Program-made: the position numbers and the translations under genes
Assembly: GCA_003153935.1 (NCBI GenBank)
Contig: PMCA01000011.1
Span: 67,912-131,911 of the forward strand
Source: Elusimicrobiota bacterium
GTDB taxonomy: Bacteria > CAYTYR01 > UBA6262
Direction: 5' to 3'
Length of the DNA stretch: 64,000 nucleotides
In this document: positions 59,085 to 64,000 of the stretch, piece by piece
Layout: every line of letters begins with the position of its first letter
Position numbering within the stretch: the first letter of the stretch is position 1
Notes under the pieces: model-generated
Told to the model about the DNA's origin: nothing
What the model saw: only the letters and a program-made list of their open reading frames with translations
The model's database searches: none

Positions 59085-60779
59085 GTGGCATATTTAGTCT
59101 TAGCGAGAAAATACCGGCCGCAAAATTTTGCCGAGGTTATCGGACAGGAGCCGGTGGTCCAAACCCTGCAAAACGCCATTACCAGCGGCAAGATCGGGCA
59201 TGCTTATTTATTCAGCGGCCCGCGCGGCGTCGGTAAAACTACGGTTGCCAGGATATTTGCTAAAGCGGTTAACTGCGATAAGGGACCCAGCGCCGAACCA
59301 TGCGGCAAGTGCAGTATCTGCGCGGAGATCGCAGCTGGCACCGCTTTGGATGTATTGGAGATTGACGGCGCTTCCAACCGCGGCATTGAGGAAATACGGA
59401 CTCTGCGGGAAAATGTGAAATTTGCCCCGGCCTACGCCCGTTATAAAATATATATTATAGATGAAGTTCACCAGGTGACCGATGCCGGGTTTAACGCCCT
59501 GTTAAAGACCTTGGAAGAGCCGCCGGAGCAGGTTATTTTTATCTTCGCTACTACTGAACCGCAAAAGATCCCGGAGACTATTCTATCCCGCTGCCAGAGA
59601 TATAATTTCCGCTTGATCACGATAGAACAGATTGAAAAACAATTAAGCGCGATCACCAAAAAAGAGAAGATCGATATCTCCCGGGAGGCCTTGCTGCTGG
59701 TCAGCCAGGCCGCTGAAGGCAGCATGCGCGACGCCCAGAGTATTCTGGACCAGGTTATATCCTTTATCGGCCCCGGCCAAAAGATAGACGAAGCCAAGGT
59801 CCGGTCCATTCTCGGCTTTACCGGTCAGGGGCTGCTGTTGAAATTTGGCCAGGCTATTTTAGCTAACCAGCCGCAGGAAACGCTGGACCTGGTTAAGGAA
59901 GCGCAGGCCTCGGGTTTGAACCTGCACCAGTTAACCAAAGACCTGGTGGAACATTTTCGCAACTTGTTGATAGCCAAGATAAGTTCGACGCCGCAGGAAT
60001 TGATCAACCTGTCGCAGGGATCCATCAAGGCGCTTAAAGACCAGGCCGCTAACAGCAGAGAAGACGCTTTGTTGAATTATATTGAAAAAGCCAGTGATTT
60101 GGAGAACCAGATGAAATACACCGATCAACCGCAGATAGTGCTGGAGATCGGATTAGTAAAGCTGTCCCAACCGTACTTATCCGTCGATGAAATCCTGCAG
60201 CGGTTAGAAACCTTGGAGCAAAAACTGTCCGGCACCCCGATTCGATCCGGTCCGGACAGCGCTCCTGCCCCGGGGGTTAGTCCCGGACGGAAAATTATAG
60301 AGAATGACCGCGGGCTTAAGGTTGACTCCAGCCTGCCCTTGGCCAAGCAATGGAAGGTGATATTGGAGGAAACAGGGAAGCAAAAACCGGTATTAGCGGT
60401 ATCATTACAGGAGGCCAGGCCCTCTAACCTGCAAGGGAATATATTAACGCTGGAGTTCGGACAACAGGCTAAGTTCCAGAAGAGCACCCTGGAGAGAGCG
60501 GAGAACTTGAAGCTGGCGGAGGAGATAGCCAGCCGGGTTTTTAACGCCAAGATCAGGATAAAAAGCGTGTTTGGCACAGGGATGGAAGAGATCCCGGCAG
60601 CGCTGGAAGAAGGCATAGAGATAGAAGAAACGGAAGTGATATTGCCTAACGGCGACGACCTGAAACAGGTTGCAACCGGGCCAACCACAGCGGCCAATGA
60701 CCCAATGGTACAGAAAGTCCTGGATATTTTTGAGGGCGAGATAATGCCAAAAACAAAAGACCAAGGGAGGAACGCGTAA
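59085..60779 (+). CDS. dnaX: DNA polymerase III subunit gamma/tau
   Basis: 564 aa. Walker A GPRGVGKTT, Zn module CGKCSICAEI, SRC motif. Confidence 0.9.
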   Translation: MAYLVLARKYRPQNFAEVIGQEPVVQTLQNAITSGKIGHAYLFSGPRGVGKTTVARIFAKAVNCDKGPSAEPCGKCSICAEIAAGTALDVLEIDGASNRGIEEIRTLRENVKFAPAYARYKIYIIDEVHQVTDAGFNALLKTLEEPPEQVIFIFATTEPQKIPETILSRCQRYNFRLITIEQIEKQLSAITKKEKIDISREALLLVSQAAEGSMRDAQSILDQVISFIGPGQKIDEAKVRSILGFTGQGLLLKFGQAILANQPQETLDLVKEAQASGLNLHQLTKDLVEHFRNLLIAKISSTPQELINLSQGSIKALKDQAANSREDALLNYIEKASDLENQMKYTDQPQIVLEIGLVKLSQPYLSVDEILQRLETLEQKLSGTPIRSGPDSAPAPGVSPGRKIIENDRGLKVDSSLPLAKQWKVILEETGKQKPVLAVSLQEARPSNLQGNILTLEFGQQAKFQKSTLERAENLKLAEEIASRVFNAKIRIKSVFGTGMEEIPAALEEGIEIEETEVILPNGDDLKQVATGPTTAANDPMVQKVLDIFEGEIMPKTKDQGRNA

Positions 60780-60780
60780 A

Positions 60781-61083
60781 GTGGACATGTTCAAACTTTT
60801 AAAGCAAGCTAAAGAAATGCAATCACAGATGAAGAAAATGCAGGACGAATTAAAAGACAAAACTGTCGAAGCGGATTATCAGGGCGTAAAAGTAGTCATG
60901 AACGGGAAATTGGAAGTGCTTTCCCTGAAGATTGATCCTGCTGTGCTAGCCGGCAACCAGGCGGATAAGGTAGAAAGAATTGTCTTAAGAGCGGTTAATG
61001 ACGCGATCGGGAAAACCCAGGCCTTGATGGCCGGTGAAATGAAAAAAATATCCGGCGGGATGAATATACCGGGATTAACCTAG
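60781..61083 (+). CDS. ybaB: Nucleoid-associated protein YbaB/EbfC
   Basis: ~100 aa (MFKLLKQAKEMQSQMKKMQDEL...). GTG at 60781 or ATG at 60787. Conserved dnaX-ybaB-recR order. Confidence 0.85.
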   Translation: MDMFKLLKQAKEMQSQMKKMQDELKDKTVEADYQGVKVVMNGKLEVLSLKIDPAVLAGNQADKVERIVLRAVNDAIGKTQALMAGEMKKISGGMNIPGLT

Positions 61084-61093
61084 GATAAAATAG

Positions 61094-61693
61094 ATGGTTT
61101 ACCAGATACAGAGCTTGCAAAAGTTAGTGGACGCCTTGCACCGTTTGCCGGGGATAGGCCCGAAATCGGCGGAGAGGCTGGCCTATTATATATTGAAAAC
61201 AAATAAAGAAGAGGTAATAGACCTGGCGGAGGCGATCAAGCTGGCCAAAGAGAGCATTAGGTATTGCTCGATTTGCAGTAATGTGACTGATTTCGACCCT
61301 TGCTCCATTTGCGCTAATGAGAACCGCGACCATACCCAGATCTGCGTAGTGGAAGAACCCTTTGACGTTATCGCCCTGGAGAAGACCAAGGGTTTTAAGG
61401 GCGTATATCACGTTCTATTAGGAGTGCTTTCGCCGATCGAAGGTATCGGGCCGGACGACCTAAAAATAAAGGAATTGTTGGCGCGCATAGAAAAGGACAA
61501 GGTCACAGAAGTTATCATCGCTACCAATCCTAACGTTGAGGGTGAGGCTACGGCCATGTACCTGTCGAGGCTGATCAAACCCCTGGGGGTAAAGGCCGCC
61601 CGTATTGCTTATGGCTTACCAATCGGCTCCAGTCTCGAATTCGCTGACGAAGTGACCTTAGGTAAAGCACTGGAAGGAAGAAAAGAAATTTAG
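61094..61693 (+). CDS. recR: Recombination protein RecR
   Basis: 199 aa. HhH, C4 zinc finger CSICSNVTDFDPCSIC, Toprim. Confidence 0.9.
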   Translation: MVYQIQSLQKLVDALHRLPGIGPKSAERLAYYILKTNKEEVIDLAEAIKLAKESIRYCSICSNVTDFDPCSICANENRDHTQICVVEEPFDVIALEKTKGFKGVYHVLLGVLSPIEGIGPDDLKIKELLARIEKDKVTEVIIATNPNVEGEATAMYLSRLIKPLGVKAARIAYGLPIGSSLEFADEVTLGKALEGRKEI

Positions 61694-61714
61694 CGTTTTG
61701 GATAAGAGGTTGTT

Positions 61715-63163
61715 ATGAAAAGAACGGCATTACTCCTGGCAATTTTACTTAGCACATTGACTATTAAAACCACCTTGGCAGAAGAAATTTATGCTAAACC
61801 GGACCAGGAATTTATGAGCGGTGACTTGCAAGATAAATATGATGACATCAAAACTGGCACTTTGCGTTTCCTTGATAGCTTAAGATCACCCGAAACAGGA
61901 TTATTGCAAAGCTACAAAAGCAGCAGCTTATACTACTACATACCTTCCTCTAATACCTTTGAAAAAGGTCAGGAACCCTACCTGGACAATCAGGCGTATA
62001 CCTATGATATGGCTACGGCCATCATGATTTATGCTGCTACGGGCCAGGCAGAAAAAGCCAAACGTATAATTGAAGTTCTTAATAAGGAATTTTACCGGGA
62101 GAAGAATGGGCAGATCGGGTTACTGACTTCTTATCGTTGCGACCATTTTGCCAGCGACAAAACGCTGATCATGGGTGATGACGGTGACCGCATCCATGTC
62201 GGTCCGAGCATGTGGGTCGCGTTAGCCTGTTTGCAGTATACCCGTATAACCGGTGACGGGAAGTACTTCCCCTTTGTCGTAGATATCGCCAAGTGGGCTT
62301 CGGCTTTACCGCATTATAAATATCCAGACGGTAAATTAGGAGGGGTTTCGATGGGCTCCGGCTGGGGGCCGGACTGGAGTCGGGTTTATTCTACGGAAAA
62401 TTGTAAGGATTATTACTCTATCTTAGTAATTTTATCGCGTATGTACTCACAATGTTCAGATAAAGTCAGACAAGTTTTTATAGATAAAAAATTTACCGAT
62501 AAAGAAATGAACAGGGAAATGGCCGGAATGGAGCGGTGGTTTAAGGAAATTGCCTATAACAAGGAAACTGGCGGCTTCAATTGCGGCTATAATGAAGATG
62601 GACTGGATACCTGTAAGGCCCTGGATACCATTAGCAATAGTATCTCGGTAGTGGGGCCGGAAAAACTTAAGAAGTGGGGCATAGATCCTTTTGGCTTGAT
62701 AGAATTCGCGGAAAAATATCTCCAGGTAAAAGACACTATTAAGGGACAATCCGTGGAAGGATTTGATTTTACGGTTCCGGAGGAAATAGGGAATAAGCGC
62801 CGCAGAGTTATCTGGATAGAAGGAACAGCCCAAATGGTTCTGGCCTATAAGATCATGTCACAATATAGTGCTTCGATCGGGGATACAACCAAGGCTAAGG
62901 ACTATAAAGATAAAGCCGTCAAATTCAGCGGACAGCTGGATAAGATCGCAGAGCTGATAAACTTACCGGATCAGGCTTTGCCCTACGTAACCTATAACCC
63001 GGGCGACCAGGAGAGAATAATGACCCTCCGTTCGGAATGGGAGATTCCCAGGGCGCCAACGGGCCGCTGGGTAGGGTGCATTGCCAGCACGGCCTGGCGG
63101 TTCTTCAGCTTAACCTATTACAATCCCATGATGATGGGATCCTTTTCCTTCTGTTTTGAGTAG
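61715..63163 (+). CDS. Secreted protein of unknown function (signal peptide; possible alpha/alpha-toroid glycosidase-like fold)
   Basis: 482 aa. N-terminal signal MKRTALLLAILLSTLTIKTTLA. No confident motif. Rich in Trp, Tyr and Asp like carbohydrate-active enzymes. Confidence 0.4.
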   Translation: MKRTALLLAILLSTLTIKTTLAEEIYAKPDQEFMSGDLQDKYDDIKTGTLRFLDSLRSPETGLLQSYKSSSLYYYIPSSNTFEKGQEPYLDNQAYTYDMATAIMIYAATGQAEKAKRIIEVLNKEFYREKNGQIGLLTSYRCDHFASDKTLIMGDDGDRIHVGPSMWVALACLQYTRITGDGKYFPFVVDIAKWASALPHYKYPDGKLGGVSMGSGWGPDWSRVYSTENCKDYYSILVILSRMYSQCSDKVRQVFIDKKFTDKEMNREMAGMERWFKEIAYNKETGGFNCGYNEDGLDTCKALDTISNSISVVGPEKLKKWGIDPFGLIEFAEKYLQVKDTIKGQSVEGFDFTVPEEIGNKRRRVIWIEGTAQMVLAYKIMSQYSASIGDTTKAKDYKDKAVKFSGQLDKIAELINLPDQALPYVTYNPGDQERIMTLRSEWEIPRAPTGRWVGCIASTAWRFFSLTYYNPMMMGSFSFCFE

Positions 63164-63166
63164 GGC

Positions 63167-63195
63167 TTGACAAAGGCGGTCAAATCTGATATTAT
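63167..63195 (+). promoter_or_regulatory. Candidate sigma70 promoter for the por operon (TTGACA-17 nt-TATTAT)
   Basis: TTGACA at 63167-63172, 17-nt spacer, TATTAT at 63190-63195. About 70 bp upstream of porG with an intervening short stem-loop. Confidence 0.45.
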
Positions 63196-63265
63196 TAATC
63201 AGTAAGTTGGGGGTCTCTGGTGATATATCAGAGGCCTATTTCATTGATATAAAAGGAGCAAAAGA

Positions 63266-63847
63266 ATGGGCAAGTTAACAGAGATTCGCTGGCATGGCAG
63301 GGGTGGCCAGGGAGCGAAAACGGCCGCGCTATTGTTCGCCGATGCCGCCTTAGGAGAGGGTTTATATATCCAGGCTTTTCCGGAGTATGGCCCGGAACGC
63401 ATGGGCGCGCCTGTGCAGTCCTTTGACCGCTTGAGCGATGAGCCGATAACTATTCATTGCGGGGTCACTAATCCCAGTGTCGTAGTAGTGCTGGACCCTA
63501 CTTTGATCGGCACCGTAGATGTCACCCAGGGATTACCGGAAAACGGGGCGATCATTATCAACACCAGCGAAACAGCAAAGAATATCAAAGCTAAGCTGGG
63601 ATTGACCAAAGGGAAAGTCTATACTGTAGATGCTTCGGCTATTTCCCGCGATACCATTGGCAAGGATATTCCTAATACTCCGATGTTGGGGGCGCTGGCC
63701 AAGGTAACCGGCCTCATCAATTTTGAGCGTATGGTGGAAGATAACCGCAAAAAACTAACCTTGAAGTTCAAAAACAAGCCAGAGGTCATTGAAGGTAATA
63801 TTAAATCCATTCAACGTGCTTATGAAGAAGTAAAAGGCGAGGAGTAA
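63266..63847 (+). CDS. porG: Pyruvate/2-oxoacid:ferredoxin oxidoreductase gamma subunit
   Basis: 193 aa. EIRWHGRGGQGAKTAALLFA motif typical of POR/KOR gamma subunits. Confidence 0.8.
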   Translation: MGKLTEIRWHGRGGQGAKTAALLFADAALGEGLYIQAFPEYGPERMGAPVQSFDRLSDEPITIHCGVTNPSVVVVLDPTLIGTVDVTQGLPENGAIIINTSETAKNIKAKLGLTKGKVYTVDASAISRDTIGKDIPNTPMLGALAKVTGLINFERMVEDNRKKLTLKFKNKPEVIEGNIKSIQRAYEEVKGEE

Positions 63848-63851
63848 AATA

Positions 63852-64000
63852 ATGGCAGAAATTAAAACAGAAAAGAAAAAAGGCTGGAAGGATCTACCCG
63901 CCTGCGACTATCTGGAAGCGGGCAGCGCAACAGCGTTCGAGACTGGGGACTGGCGCAGCGAAAAACCGGTATGGATACCGGAAAATTGCATCCAATGCTT
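63852..64000 (+). CDS. porD: Pyruvate:ferredoxin oxidoreductase delta subunit (4Fe-4S ferredoxin), 5' part (continues beyond window)
   Basis: MAEIKTEKKKGWKDLPACDYLEAGSATAFETGDWRSEKPVWIPENCIQC with the start of a CxxC ferredoxin motif. Truncated at the window end. Confidence 0.6.
   Translation, partial: MAEIKTEKKKGWKDLPACDYLEAGSATAFETGDWRSEKPVWIPENCIQC

Overview
This looks like a bacterial chromosome segment spanning the replication origin, probably from a diderm lineage with Bacillus-like gene order. Two blocks of evidence support the origin call. On the minus strand the order is rpmH-rnpA-yidD-yidC-jag-mnmE-patatin-rsmG-(peptidase-like)-parA-parB, with parS sites. On the plus strand the order is dnaA-dnaN-recF-DUF721-gyrB-gyrA-archease-serS. 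Perfect DnaA boxes sit between rpmH and dnaA. The left 18.5 kb is one co-directional minus-strand supercluster. It runs GAF-GGDEF(degenerate) - hybrid sensor kinase with two receivers - two stand-alone receivers - pilB - pilC - major pilin - three minor pilins (one with a discoidin-like domain) - pilMN fusion - pilO - pilP-like - pilQ secretin - cheW-cheR-cheY-cheB-cheA(partial). A second pilin-like cluster at 26.3-30.2 kb holds two ~475-aa PilX-N paralogs with beta-helix-like Gly repeats. A housekeeping block between them runs tmk-holB-ricT/yaaT-metG-tatD-[TatD-linked radical SAM]-yabE-like. Further right are a GAF-HD-GYP protein with a variant motif, ndk, an aminotransferase, a LeuA/homocitrate-synthase-like enzyme, dnaX-ybaB-recR, a secreted protein and the start of a pyruvate:ferredoxin oxidoreductase operon (porG, porD). 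RNA genes are four tRNA-Ser isoacceptors (GGA, CGA, TGA, GCT), tRNA-Arg(ACG) next to tadA, and tRNA-Ala(CGC). The most unusual signal is three copies of a tRNA-Ser 5'-half-like sequence carrying a covarying ~40-nt hairpin at the anticodon-loop position, each just upstream of a real tRNA-Ser gene. No CRISPR array, integrase or transposase was seen. All coordinates and motif calls were read by eye from the sequence and ORF track and should be confirmed with tRNAscan-SE/ARAGORN, Infernal and HMM searches.
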